Below, piece by piece: positions 1 to 9,364 of a stretch of DNA of 49,366 nt (its first letter is position 1; every line of letters begins with the position of its first letter). The notes beneath the pieces are model-generated. The model made no database searches, was not told where the DNA came from, and was given only the letters and a program-made list of their open reading frames with translations. Position numbers and translations under genes: made by a program. This stretch comes from Actinomycetes bacterium (lineage in GTDB: Bacteria > Actinomycetota > Acidimicrobiia > Acidimicrobiales > Bog-793), in NCBI GenBank assembly GCA_021798745.1, contig JAJZBW010000002.1:1-49366 (forward strand), in the 5' to 3' direction.

Positions 1-169
1 GCGCCGGCACGAGCGCCGCGGCGCGCGCGCGGGGCGCGAGCGCGGGGCGCCCGCCGCGCAGGTGCCGGGTCCACGTGCCCCGAGGACCGGCCCCCGCGAC
101 GGACGCGACGGCGAGCAGGAGCACGAGCACGGCGAGAACCGTCCAGAGCACGTTCACGAGCGCCGACAT
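1..169 (-). CDS. Hypothetical membrane-anchored protein, N-terminal fragment (continues past the left edge)
   Basis: There is a reverse-strand ATG at 169-167 with GGGAGGAA 2 nt upstream. The translation MSALVNVLWTVLAVLVLLLAVASVAG... forms one clean hydrophobic helix, and the frame stays open to the window edge. It is absent from the ORF track because there is no stop in the window. Confidence 0.35.
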   Translation of the reverse strand, partial: MSALVNVLWTVLAVLVLLLAVASVAGAGPRGTWTRHLRGGRPALAPRARAAALVPA

Positions 170-299
170 CGTTCCTCCCGGTTCGGACGACTTGTACCGT
201 CGACCCCGAGGCTGCCAGGCAGATGTTGGCGATCTTGGACGTCAGGCGCGAGGGGTCTGTTAGGGGACCGACGCGAGGGGCGCGTTAGCGTGTCCGTCC

Positions 300-1850
300 A
301 TGACCGCACCGGGGCAGGGCCGGGGAGCCGGGGTCCCGATCGCGGAGGTCCCGAGCCCGGGGGAGCCTGAGCGGAGAGCCCCCGGGGAGCCTGCCCGCGA
401 CGCGGTCCCCGTCGGCCCGTCCGTGCCCGCGGGGGTCGCCGCGTCCCTCGCCCGGCTCGATGAGGCGCACCGGGGTGGGGCGCTCCGCTCGGTCGAGTCG
501 CGGCTCGCGTGCCTCTCGGACCTGCGTGAGCGCGTCGTCTCGAGCGCTCGCCTCCTCGAGGGCGCGCTCGGCGCGGATCTCGGGAAGCACCCCTCGGAGA
601 GCCTCGTCCTGGAGACGGGGCTCGTGGTCGCCGAGATCGACCACGTGGAGCGGAACCTGAGGCGGTGGCTCCGTCCCTCCCCGGTGCGGGTCCCGCTCGC
701 CCAGTGGCCCGGACGGGCGCGAGTGGTGCTCGAGCCGGTCGGGACGGTGCTCGTCGTGTCCCCCTGGAACTACCCGGTCCAGCTCGCGCTCATGCCGCTC
801 GTGTCGGCCGTCGCCGCGGGGAACTGCGTGGCCCTGAAGCCCTCCGAGCTCGCCCCTCGGGTCGCGGAGGCGCTCGCGACGCTGCTCTCCGGGGGTCGGG
901 TCGGCGAGACCACCGAGGTGCTCCTCGGGGACGCGGCGACCGTGCACGGCGCGATCGAGCACGGGGTCGACCACGTGTTCTTCACGGGGAGCACGCGGGT
1001 CGGGAGGATCGTCGCCGCAGCCGCGGCCGGCCGGCTCATCCCGGTGACGCTCGAGCTCGGGGGAAAGTGCCCGGCGATCGTGGACGAGTCCGCGGACCTG
1101 CGCTCCGCCGCGAGGAGGATCGCGTGGGCGAAGTTCGTGAACGCGGGCCAGTCCTGCGTCGCGCCGGACTACGTCCTCGCCGACCGGAAGGTCGCGGACC
1201 GGCTCGTCGCCGAGCTGGCGGAGGCGATCCACGCGATGTACGGCGCGGACCCGGCGACGAGCCCCGACTACCCGCGGGTCGTCGACCGCTCGCACCACGA
1301 GCGGCTCGCGGCGATGCTCGACGAGTCGCGGGGCTCCGTCGTCGTCGGCGGGGGGATCGACGTCTCGCGCCTCTACGTAGGCCCGACGGTGCTTCGCGAT
1401 CCCCCGGCCCGCTCCCGGGTGATGGAGGAGGAGGTCTTCGGGCCCCTCCTCCCGGTGGTCTCGGTGGGCGACCTCGAGGAGGCGATCGGGTTCGTCTCCC
1501 GGCTGCCCCCGCCTCTCGCCGTGTACGCGTTCTCGGCGAGCCGGGCCGCGCTCGCGCGAGCCGAGCGCGCGACGAGGTCGGGGGCGTTCTGCGCGAACGT
1601 CGCGCTCACGCAGCTCGGCGTCCCCGACCTGCCCTTCGGGGGGGTGGGGGAGTCCGGGTGCGGCCTCTCGCACGGGCGCGCCGGGGTCACGGCGCTCTCG
1701 CAGGTGCGCTCCGTGCTCGAGCGACCGGCGCGCCCGGACCTCGCGGTCCACCGCCCCCCGTACACGAGGATCCGCTCGTACGTGACCGCGCGCGTGGTCG
1801 GGGCGGGTCGCGGCCCGGCGCGCGACGGAGGACCCCCGGCTACGGGGTGA
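300..1850 (+). CDS. NAD(P)-dependent aldehyde dehydrogenase (class-3-like ALDH)
   Basis: The translation carries ALDH hallmarks: VSPWNYP, the ELGGKCP Glu box, the FVNAGQSCVAPDY catalytic Cys box, and EEVFGPLLPV. The start is uncertain (ATG 300 or in-frame GTG 423), and the first ~45 aa are low complexity. Confidence 0.9.
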   Translation: MTAPGQGRGAGVPIAEVPSPGEPERRAPGEPARDAVPVGPSVPAGVAASLARLDEAHRGGALRSVESRLACLSDLRERVVSSARLLEGALGADLGKHPSESLVLETGLVVAEIDHVERNLRRWLRPSPVRVPLAQWPGRARVVLEPVGTVLVVSPWNYPVQLALMPLVSAVAAGNCVALKPSELAPRVAEALATLLSGGRVGETTEVLLGDAATVHGAIEHGVDHVFFTGSTRVGRIVAAAAAGRLIPVTLELGGKCPAIVDESADLRSAARRIAWAKFVNAGQSCVAPDYVLADRKVADRLVAELAEAIHAMYGADPATSPDYPRVVDRSHHERLAAMLDESRGSVVVGGGIDVSRLYVGPTVLRDPPARSRVMEEEVFGPLLPVVSVGDLEEAIGFVSRLPPPLAVYAFSASRAALARAERATRSGAFCANVALTQLGVPDLPFGGVGESGCGLSHGRAGVTALSQVRSVLERPARPDLAVHRPPYTRIRSYVTARVVGAGRGPARDGGPPATG

Positions 1851-2967
1851 TCGTGACCGCGCCCTTCAGAGCGGCCGTCGTGTCGAGCACGATCTCGACG
1901 AACGTCCGCCCCGGGGTGAGGTCGACCGGCGCGCCGTGCGCGTCCGTGAACGTCGTCATGGCGCTCGCGTTCGGGCGGTGCCAGGTGACGGGGATCTCCT
2001 TGCCGTTCCGCAGGATGTAGCCCGGACCGGTCCCGGTGAGGACGCTCTCGACGTCGCCCGTCCCGCCCGGGCTCTCGATGTACGGCCCGATCGAGTACTT
2101 CACGACCTGCACGACGACGTTGTTCGTGGAGACCTGCTTGTTCGTGAGGGCGTCGATGTCCGGTCCCGATCCTGCGTAGCTGTGGAGCCAGAGCGAGCTC
2201 GCCGGGTTCCAGGTCCACACGCCGTCGGTGCCCTGGGAGAAGTTGATCTCGATGCTCTTCGCGGGCTTCGCGCTCGCCGGGAGGCTCGACGAGTAGTGGA
2301 ACACGGGAGCGGGCGGTGCCTTCTCGTTCGGGAACGAGGCCCACAGCTGCGCGGTGTCCGTGTAGAGGTTGTCCGGCGGGACGCGGCTCGTGATCCGGGT
2401 GCTGTCCGCCGCGTAGGTGCTGAGGAGGTTGACGTCCGTGACGTACTTGACGGAGTCGAGAGCGGTGATGTCCGGCTGGATGCCGCCCGCGTGGACGAGC
2501 AGGGGCCGGTTCCGGAACATCGCGAGGATGTGCCAGTCGACCCATCGCAGGGAGCGGACGGGGCCGATCGAGGAGGCGCCCGTGCACTGGTAGACGGCCT
2601 CGTACCGCATGATCCCGCCCTCTGCAGGCGTGTCGTAGACGATGTCCGCCTCGTTGAGACCGCTCTGCGGACGGGCTCCCTGGGGCTCGTTCCCGATCTT
2701 CACGGCGAGCGCGGGGCGCTTCGGGACGACCCCACCGGGCGCACGGGTGTCCGTGAGCGGGCAGATGCCCGACGCGAGCGACGCGGTCGTCGTGCTCGTC
2801 GACGCGTGCGGGGTGCGGCCGGGCGATTTCGCGGGGGACTTCGAGAAGAGGACCGCGAGCACGGCGGCGACGATCACGACGAGGGCGACCGCGCCGAGTA
2901 CGAGGCGCCGGTCCGGTCCTGATCGGCGGGCGCGGTGCGACGGAGGGGTACGAGGCGTCGAAGGCAC
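1840..2967 (-). CDS. Membrane-anchored/secreted DUF3048-like protein (YerB type)
   Basis: An Arg-rich N-terminus is followed by a hydrophobic anchor (LVLGAVALVVIVAAVLAVLF). The core PALAVKIGNEPQGARPQSGLNEADIVYDTPAEGGIMRYEAVY...LLVHAGG matches the RPQSGL..ADIVYE..EGG.TR pattern I associate with DUF3048. It lies 48 nt downstream of the FAD oxidoreductase gene on the same strand. Confidence 0.7.
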   Translation of the reverse strand: MPSTPRTPPSHRARRSGPDRRLVLGAVALVVIVAAVLAVLFSKSPAKSPGRTPHASTSTTTASLASGICPLTDTRAPGGVVPKRPALAVKIGNEPQGARPQSGLNEADIVYDTPAEGGIMRYEAVYQCTGASSIGPVRSLRWVDWHILAMFRNRPLLVHAGGIQPDITALDSVKYVTDVNLLSTYAADSTRITSRVPPDNLYTDTAQLWASFPNEKAPPAPVFHYSSSLPASAKPAKSIEINFSQGTDGVWTWNPASSLWLHSYAGSGPDIDALTNKQVSTNNVVVQVVKYSIGPYIESPGGTGDVESVLTGTGPGYILRNGKEIPVTWHRPNASAMTTFTDAHGAPVDLTPGRTFVEIVLDTTAALKGAVTITP

Positions 2968-3015
2968 GAGGGCACGGTAGTGGGTCGCGCGCCCGAGGTG
3001 GTGTCAACCGACCGC

Positions 3016-4428
3016 TCAGACCCCCATGACGCGCTCGAACCAGGCGGCGCGCCGGGCAGGCCGTCCCGTGCGCTCCTCGGCTCGGTCCGCGGAGGTCATG
3101 ACCGCGAGCCCCGCGTTCACGCCGAGGTACCGGAGCGGCTCCGGCTCCCAGCGTCGCGACCGGTGGCCGACCCACGGGAGCCGGGTGAGCGGGGAGTCGA
3201 CGCGAAGGACCAGGTCCGCGACGGTGCGACCCGCGAGGTTCGTCGTCGATACCCCGTCGCCGACGTATCCCCCCGCGCTCGCGAGCCCGCTCGAGCGGTC
3301 GAAGCAGACCGAGGAGAACCAGTCGCGAGGGATCCCGAGCGGCCCGCCCCAACGGTGGGTGATCCCGATGCCCGCGAGGGTGGGGAGCAGCTCGACGAGG
3401 GCTTCCGCGAGCATGTCGTGGACGCGCGGGACCCGGTCGTGGCTCGGGCGGATCGCCGAGGCGAAGTGGTACGGGGCTCCCCTTCCTCCGAACGCGATCC
3501 TGCCGTCGGCGGTCCTCTGCCCGTAGACGACGAGGTGGCGGTGGTCGGCGAACGTCTCGCGCCGCGCGAGCCCGATCTCGCTCCACGTAGAGTCCGAGAG
3601 CGGCTCGGTCGCGATCATGAGCGAGTACACGGGAGCGACGTCACGGCGCGCTCCTCGCAGACGCGCCGTGTACCCCTCGGTCGCACGCACGACGACGTCC
3701 GCGCGAACGGTCCCGTGGTCGGTCTCGACGCGCCCTGGGGCGATCGCGCGAGCCGGCGTTCCCTCGTATATGCGTGCGCCGAGCCGCTCGACGCTCGACG
3801 CGAGGCCCCGGACGAGCCGCGCGGGGTGGATCGCCGCGCAGTGAGGCGTGTAGGTCGCACCGAGAAGCCCGTCCGCGCCGAACCGCTCCCTCGCCTCGTC
3901 CGGTCCGAGGAGCGCGAGGTCCCCGGGCCCGACGCCGAGCGAGCGCGCCTGTTCGACCTCGGCGACCGCCCGCGCGAGCTGCGCGGCGTTGCGCACCGCG
4001 TGCACGGTGCCGCCCTTCGCGAAGTGGCAGTCGATCCCCTCGAGCGCGGCGACCCGGCCGACCTCGTCCACGGAGTCGTTCATCGCGGCGCGCATCGCGT
4101 GCGCCGCCCCGAGCCCGAACGACCGGGAGATCCGACTGTCCGACGCGGCGAACAGCGCCGAGCACCACCCCCCGTTGCGTCCCGAGGCGCCGAAGCCGGC
4201 GAACTCCGACTCGACGACCGCGACGCGAAGCGACGGATCGCCGCGAAGGAGGTAGTAGGCAGTCCACAGGCCGGTGAACCCTGCTCCTACGATCGCGACG
4301 TCGCACGACTCGTCCCGGTCGAGCGGCTCGCGGCGCGCGACCGGAGCGCCGAGCGAGTCGAGCCAGAAGGAGAGGTCCTCGGGGCGCGCCTCGTCCTGGC
4401 GCGAGCCGCGTGAGGTGCGCGCGCTCAC
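3016..4428 (-). CDS. FAD-dependent oxidoreductase (DAO family, PuuB / gamma-glutamylputrescine-oxidase-like)
   Basis: The dinucleotide-binding motif VAIVGAGFTGLWTAYYL sits near the N-terminus, and length and layout fit the DAO family. I place the start at GTG 4428-4426 with GGAGGA upstream. The ORF-track ATG at 4539 would overlap the upstream aminotransferase by 74 nt. Confidence 0.85.
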   Translation of the reverse strand: MSARTSRGSRQDEARPEDLSFWLDSLGAPVARREPLDRDESCDVAIVGAGFTGLWTAYYLLRGDPSLRVAVVESEFAGFGASGRNGGWCSALFAASDSRISRSFGLGAAHAMRAAMNDSVDEVGRVAALEGIDCHFAKGGTVHAVRNAAQLARAVAEVEQARSLGVGPGDLALLGPDEARERFGADGLLGATYTPHCAAIHPARLVRGLASSVERLGARIYEGTPARAIAPGRVETDHGTVRADVVVRATEGYTARLRGARRDVAPVYSLMIATEPLSDSTWSEIGLARRETFADHRHLVVYGQRTADGRIAFGGRGAPYHFASAIRPSHDRVPRVHDMLAEALVELLPTLAGIGITHRWGGPLGIPRDWFSSVCFDRSSGLASAGGYVGDGVSTTNLAGRTVADLVLRVDSPLTRLPWVGHRSRRWEPEPLRYLGVNAGLAVMTSADRAEERTGRPARRAAWFERVMGV

Positions 4429-4465
4429 CGGGTCCTCCGGAGACCGAGTCCCTCCCTCGCGACGG

Positions 4466-5839
4466 TCACAGCTGCTTCCACGCCTCCTCGAGAACCGTGC
4501 GGAGCACGTGGGATATCTCGGCGAACTGCTCCTCGCCACAGACGAGTGGCGGCGCGAGCTGGATGACCGGGTCGCCGCGGTCGTCGGCGCGGCAGACGAG
4601 CCCGGCCTCGAACAGCCGTGGGGAGAGGAACCCGCGGAGGAGCCGCTCGGACTCGTCGTCGTCGAAGGTCTGCTTGGTCCGCTTGTCCTTCACGAGCTCG
4701 ATCCCGTAGAAGTACCCCGCGCCCCGGACGTCCCCGACGATCGGGAGGTCTCGCAGCGCCTCGAGCTCGGCACGGAACGCGCCTTCGCTCGCGCGCACGT
4801 GCCCGAGGATGTCCTCGCGCTCGAACACGTCGAGGTTCGCGAGCGCGACCGCGCTGGAGACGGGGTGGCCCGCGAAGGTGATCCCGTGGAGGAACGTCCG
4901 CTCCCCGGTGAGGAAAGGCTCGACGAGGTGGTCGCCGACGATGAGGGCGCCGAGCGGGGAGTAGCCGCTCGTGAGCCCCTTGGCGGTCGTGATCATGTCC
5001 GGGACGTAGCCGTACCGCTCGCCCGCGAAGTAGTGGCCGAGCCGGCCGAACGCGCAGATCACCTCGTCCGAGACGAGGAGGACGCCGTAGCGGTCGCAGA
5101 TCTCCCGGACCCTCGGGAAGTACCCGGGTGGCGGGGTGAAGCAGCCACCGCTGTTCTGAACGGGCTCGAGGAACACGGCGGCGACCGTGTCGGGTCCCTC
5201 GCGAAGGATCGCGCGCTCGATCTCGTCCGCCGCCCACACGCCGAACTCCGTCTCGTCGTCCCCGTGCTCGGGGGCGCGGTAGAAGTTCGTGTTCGGCACC
5301 TTCACCGCTCCCGGAACGAGCGGCTCGAACACGGACTTGAGGTCCGGTACCCCGGTGATGGACAGAGCGCCCATGGTCGTCCCGTGGTAGGCGATGTCCC
5401 TGCTCACGACCTTCCACCGCTGCGGCTGGCCGATCGTCTTGAAGTACTGGCGGGCGAGCTTCCACGCGGACTCCACGGCCTCGGACCCTCCGGTCGTGAA
5501 GAACACGCGGTTCAAGTTGCCCGGGGCGAGCGACGCGAGGCGGTCGGCGAGCTCGATCCCACGGGGGTGGGCGTAGCTCCACAACGGGAAGTAGGCGAGC
5601 TCGCTCGCCTGCGCCGCGGCGGCCTCCGCGAGCTCGGTGCGCCCGTGGCCGATCTGCACCGTGAACAGTCCCGACAGCCCGTCGAGGTAGCGCCGACCGG
5701 ACTGGTCGTACACGTACGCTCCCTCGCCCCGGACGATCACCGGGACGTCGTGGTGCGCGTAGGAGGACAGACGCGTGAAGTGCATCCACAAGTGGTTGCG
5801 CGCCGCGGCCTGGAGCTCGTCGTTCGTCATCGCCTTCAT
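4466..5839 (-). CDS. Class-III PLP aminotransferase (omega-amine:pyruvate/2-oxoglutarate transaminase type)
   Basis: The 457-aa product has an N-terminus (NHLWMHFTR) and an overall pattern (FFTTGGSEAVESAWKLAR, LVSDEVICAFGRLG, TTAKGLTSGY with the PLP lysine) typical of class-III transaminases. Its ATG at 5839-5837 overlaps the lrp stop as ATGA. Confidence 0.9.
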   Translation of the reverse strand: MKAMTNDELQAAARNHLWMHFTRLSSYAHHDVPVIVRGEGAYVYDQSGRRYLDGLSGLFTVQIGHGRTELAEAAAAQASELAYFPLWSYAHPRGIELADRLASLAPGNLNRVFFTTGGSEAVESAWKLARQYFKTIGQPQRWKVVSRDIAYHGTTMGALSITGVPDLKSVFEPLVPGAVKVPNTNFYRAPEHGDDETEFGVWAADEIERAILREGPDTVAAVFLEPVQNSGGCFTPPPGYFPRVREICDRYGVLLVSDEVICAFGRLGHYFAGERYGYVPDMITTAKGLTSGYSPLGALIVGDHLVEPFLTGERTFLHGITFAGHPVSSAVALANLDVFEREDILGHVRASEGAFRAELEALRDLPIVGDVRGAGYFYGIELVKDKRTKQTFDDDESERLLRGFLSPRLFEAGLVCRADDRGDPVIQLAPPLVCGEEQFAEISHVLRTVLEEAWKQL

Positions 5840-6306
5840 CTAGTCCCCCAGGTGTAGGTCTGTTTGGTGAGCTCGAGGTACACGAACGTCTCGGCGTGGC
5901 GGACGCCGGGGAGAGCGCGGACCGTCGAGTTCAGGATCTCGAGGAGGTGCGTGTCGTTCTCGCACACGACCTCGACGAGGATGTCGAAGCCGCCTGCGCA
6001 GACGACCACGTAGTCGACTTCCGGGATCTGTGCGAGCATCGCCGCCAGCGTGCGCACGTCTCCGTCCGCGCGGATCCCCACCATCGCCTGGCGCGCGAAG
6101 CCCACCTGCTTGGGGTCCGTGACCGCGACGACCTGGATGACCCCGGACTCACGGAGCCGCTGGACGCGCTGGCGCACGGCGGCCTCCGAGAGCCCGACCA
6201 CGGCGGCGATGGCGCTGTACGCCCGTCGACCGTCGCGCTGCAGCTCCTCGATGATGGCCCGGTTCGCCTCGTCGAGCACCTCCACGTCATCCTCCTCACC
6301 CTCCAC
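5836..6306 (-). CDS. Lrp/AsnC-family transcriptional regulator
   Basis: An N-terminal HTH (LDEANRAIIEELQRDGRRAYSAIAAVVGLSEAAVRQRVQRLRESGVI) is followed by a C-terminal RAM/AsnC_trans_reg-like domain. It is the first gene of the minus-strand operon and is divergent from the ALDH/ald genes. Confidence 0.9.
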   Translation of the reverse strand: MEGEEDDVEVLDEANRAIIEELQRDGRRAYSAIAAVVGLSEAAVRQRVQRLRESGVIQVVAVTDPKQVGFARQAMVGIRADGDVRTLAAMLAQIPEVDYVVVCAGGFDILVEVVCENDTHLLEILNSTVRALPGVRHAETFVYLELTKQTYTWGTR

Positions 6307-6440
6307 GGTGCGCCATCGGAGGGCCCCGCGTCAAGTGAATCCGTCGCAGAACGCCCCGAGATGTACGAAATCGCTTGTCGCAGCGGGCAAGTTCTGCGAG
6401 GATGGCGGGAGCAGTCCGAGAGACGCCGCGGGAGGCAGCG

Positions 6441-7877
6441 ATGGCAGCGCTCGAGCGATTCGAGAACTTCGTCGGAGGGCGGCGCGTCGCCGCGCGCTCC
6501 GAGCAGGTGGACGAGATCGTGGACCCGAGCACGGGCGAGCCGTACGCGACCGCCCCGGTGTCCGACGCGTCGGACGTGGACGACGCGGTCCGCGCCGCGG
6601 AGAGAGCGTTCCCGGCCTGGCGCGACGCGACCCCGTCGCAGCGGTCGCTCGCGCTGTTCCGGATAGCGGACGCGCTCGAGTCTCATGCGGACGAGATCGC
6701 CCGCATCGAGTGCCGCGATACGGGCAAGCCCCTCGCGGTGATGCTCTCCGAGGAGATCCCTCCCTCCGCCGACCAGATCAGGTTCTTCGCGGGTGCGGCC
6801 CGAATGCTCGAGGGCCGGGCCGCCGCGGAGTACATGGCCGGTCACACCTCGTACGTCCGGCGTGAGCCGATCGGCGTGTGTGCCGCGGTGACGCCGTGGA
6901 ACTACCCGCTGATGATGGCGATCTGGAAATGGGGACCCGCGCTCGCGGCGGGCAACACGATGGTCCTCAAGCCCTCGGACACGACCCCGGCCTCGATCCT
7001 GTTCCTCGCGGAGCTCATGGCCGAGCACCTGCCTCCGGGCGTGCTCAACGTGGTGTGCGGCGACCGCGACACGGGCCGCGCTCTCGTCGCGCACGACGTG
7101 CCCCAGATGGTGTCGATCACCGGGAGCGTGCGCGCGGGGATCGAGGTCGCGACGGCCGCCGCTCCGTCGCTGAAGCGCGTGCACCTCGAGCTCGGCGGGA
7201 AGGCGCCCGTCGTGGTGTTCGACGACGCGGACCTCGAGTCCGCGGCCGACGGGATCGCGATGGCCGGGTACTTCAACGCGGGCCAGGACTGCACCGCCGC
7301 GACACGCGTGCTCGTCGCTCCGGGCCTCCACGACGCGTTCGTCGCGGCCCTCGCCGACAGGGCGAGGGCGACCAAGGTCGGGGGGACGGACGTGCCCGAC
7401 GCGGAGGTCGGGCCGCTCAACAACGTGAACCAGCTCGCACGCGTCGCGGGGATCGTCGAGCGGGTGCCCGCGCACGCGGAGATCGTGGTCGGAGGAACGC
7501 GGCTGGGCGATCGCGGGTACTGCTACGCGCCGACGGTCGTGGCGGGCCTGCGACAGGACGACGAGATGGTCCAGGACGAGATCTTCGGGCCGGTGATCAC
7601 GGTCCAGAGGTTCTCCGACGAGGACGAGGCGATCTCCTGGGCGAACGGGGTGCGATACGGGCTCGCGTCGAGCGTGTGGACGTCGAACCACGGTCGCGCC
7701 ATGCGCATGGCGAAGGCGCTCGACTTCGGCGCCGTCTGGATCAACACGCACATCCCGATCGTCGCGGAGATGCCGCACGGAGGGTTCAAGAGCTCCGGGT
7801 ACGGCAAGGACCTGTCCGTGTACGGGTTCGAGGACTACACGCGCCTCAAGCACGTGATGTCGAGCCTCGGAGCCTGA
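6441..7877 (+). CDS. Aldehyde dehydrogenase (aminobutyraldehyde/betaine-aldehyde dehydrogenase-like)
   Basis: The translation contains VTPWNYPLMMA, the LELGGKAP Glu box, the FNAGQDCTAATR Cys box, and EIFGPVITV. I place the start at ATG 6441 with GGGAGG at 6430-6435. The ORF-track start at 6375 adds a non-conserved leader. Confidence 0.9.
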   Translation: MAALERFENFVGGRRVAARSEQVDEIVDPSTGEPYATAPVSDASDVDDAVRAAERAFPAWRDATPSQRSLALFRIADALESHADEIARIECRDTGKPLAVMLSEEIPPSADQIRFFAGAARMLEGRAAAEYMAGHTSYVRREPIGVCAAVTPWNYPLMMAIWKWGPALAAGNTMVLKPSDTTPASILFLAELMAEHLPPGVLNVVCGDRDTGRALVAHDVPQMVSITGSVRAGIEVATAAAPSLKRVHLELGGKAPVVVFDDADLESAADGIAMAGYFNAGQDCTAATRVLVAPGLHDAFVAALADRARATKVGGTDVPDAEVGPLNNVNQLARVAGIVERVPAHAEIVVGGTRLGDRGYCYAPTVVAGLRQDDEMVQDEIFGPVITVQRFSDEDEAISWANGVRYGLASSVWTSNHGRAMRMAKALDFGAVWINTHIPIVAEMPHGGFKSSGYGKDLSVYGFEDYTRLKHVMSSLGA

Positions 7878-7906
7878 CGGGGAGCGGCCGGGACGCGGGG
7901 CTCGAC

Positions 7907-7932
7907 GTCGTCGGGGTAGCGAGCCCGACGAC
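7907..7932 (+). terminator. GC hairpin downstream of the ALDH gene
   Basis: GTCGTCGGG (7907-7915) pairs with CCCGACGAC (7924-7932) around an 8-nt loop, 30 nt after the stop. There is no U-tract, which is common in high-GC actinobacteria. Confidence 0.3.
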
Positions 7933-8216
7933 CGTCGGGAGGGCGGCGGCCACGAAGGCGCCGACCACGTGCGCCGTCGTGAACGGCTTCGGGATCGACC
8001 TGCAGGTCGCCATCGGGAGGGCGAGGCGCGCAGCGGGCGGGTGTCGGTCGCCACCCGGTGCGTTCGACCCGTGGAAATCGTCGCCAATAGGTGCTGCCAC
8101 GACGGATCCGCTTGCAGTGTCCCCGCTCGAGTGCGAGGATTCGCAGGAGTGCGGCGAGGGAGCCGCGGCGCGCCCGCACGGACCAGGCGGGGCACGGAGC
8201 GATTCGAGGAGCGACG

Positions 8217-9332
8217 ATGAGGATCGGGATCCCCCGCGAGGTCAAGGACAACGAGTTCCGAGTGTCGATGACGCCCGCAGGCGTGCGCGAGCTCGTCTCG
8301 GCGGGGCACACCGTCAGGCTCGAGCGGTCGGCCGGTGTCGGGTCCTCGATCACCGACGCCGAGTACGAGAGGGCCGGAGCGACCATCGTGGAGACTGCGG
8401 ACGAGCTCTGGGCGGGGTCCGAGCTCGTGTGCAAGGTCAAGGAGCCCGTGGCCGAGGAGTTCCACCGACTGAGGGGCGACCTCGTGCTGTTCACCTACCT
8501 GCACCTGGCGGCGTCGCGCGCGTGCACGGACGCGCTCCTCGGCGCGGGGACCGTCGGGATCGCGTACGAGACCGTGCAGCTTCGGGACGGCTCGCTCCCG
8601 CTCCTCGCTCCTATGAGCGAGGTCGCGGGGCGAATGGCGCCGCTCGTCGGAGCCGAGCACCTCCAGCGTCCGGCCGGGGGGCGCGGCGTGCTCGTGAGCG
8701 GGGTGCCCGGAGTGCGTGCCGCCCAGGTGGTCGTCATCGGGGCGGGGGTGTCCGGGATGAACGCGGCCATGATCGCGGCGGGCATGCACGCCGAGGTGCG
8801 CGTGCTCGACCGCGACCTCGCGAAGCTGCGTGCAGTGGACGCGCTGTACCAGGGGCGGATCACGACGCTCGCGTCGAGCGAGCACGCGATCGAGGAGGCC
8901 TGCGTCGACGCCGACCTCGTGATCGGGGCGGTGCTCGTGCCGGGAGCCAAGGCGCCCCGTCTCGTGAGCGACGAGCTCGTCGCGAAGATGCGGCCCGGGT
9001 CCGTGCTGGTGGACATCTCGGTCGACCAGGGGGGGTGCTTCGAGTCGACGCACCCGACGACGCACTCCGCACCGACGTTCCCCGTCCACGGCTCGCTCTT
9101 CTACTGCGTCGCGAACATGCCGGGCGCGGTCCCGCACACCTCGACCCACGCGCTCACGAACGCGACGCTCCGCTACACGGTCGCGATCGCCGAGCACGGG
9201 TGGCGGGAGGCGGCACGCCACGACCCCGCGCTCGCGCTCGGGCTCAACACGGTGGACGGGTCGGTCACGTACGCGCCGGTCGCGGAGGCGCACGGTCTCG
9301 ACGTGCTGCCGCTCGCGGACGTGCTCGCCTGA
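8217..9332 (+). CDS. ald: L-alanine dehydrogenase
   Basis: The MRIGIPREVKDNEFRVSMTPAGV N-terminus is near-canonical for Ald. The NAD fold VVVIGAGVSGMNAA and the C-terminal FYCVANMPGAVP motif are present. The ATG at 8217 has GAGGA 7 nt upstream, and the product is 371 aa. Confidence 0.93.
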   Translation: MRIGIPREVKDNEFRVSMTPAGVRELVSAGHTVRLERSAGVGSSITDAEYERAGATIVETADELWAGSELVCKVKEPVAEEFHRLRGDLVLFTYLHLAASRACTDALLGAGTVGIAYETVQLRDGSLPLLAPMSEVAGRMAPLVGAEHLQRPAGGRGVLVSGVPGVRAAQVVVIGAGVSGMNAAMIAAGMHAEVRVLDRDLAKLRAVDALYQGRITTLASSEHAIEEACVDADLVIGAVLVPGAKAPRLVSDELVAKMRPGSVLVDISVDQGGCFESTHPTTHSAPTFPVHGSLFYCVANMPGAVPHTSTHALTNATLRYTVAIAEHGWREAARHDPALALGLNTVDGSVTYAPVAEAHGLDVLPLADVLA

Positions 9333-9364
9333 CCGCAGCCCTCGCGCCGCTACTATCCGGCGCG

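Noticed and set aside
7878-8216. An unusually long (339 bp) high-GC spacer between the ALDH gene and ald. I considered a hidden small gene (e.g. ORF 7846-8100 on the minus strand) or AldR-type GA-N2-ATC-N2-TC sites.
   Set aside because: The candidate ORF has no RBS, no motif and composition typical of non-coding frames. I could not find a convincing match to the mycobacterial AldR consensus by eye.
5931-9293. Very long antisense/off-frame ORFs: 1120 aa here, and also 285-1751(-), 1373-3586(-), 10423-13428(-), 17250-19583(-), 25877-27841(-), 39874-41343(-) and 42209-45946(-).
   Set aside because: Their translations are Arg/Pro/Gly/Asp-rich low complexity with no motifs. They lie opposite or out of frame to genes with clear family signatures. 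Stop-poor alternative frames are expected at this GC content.
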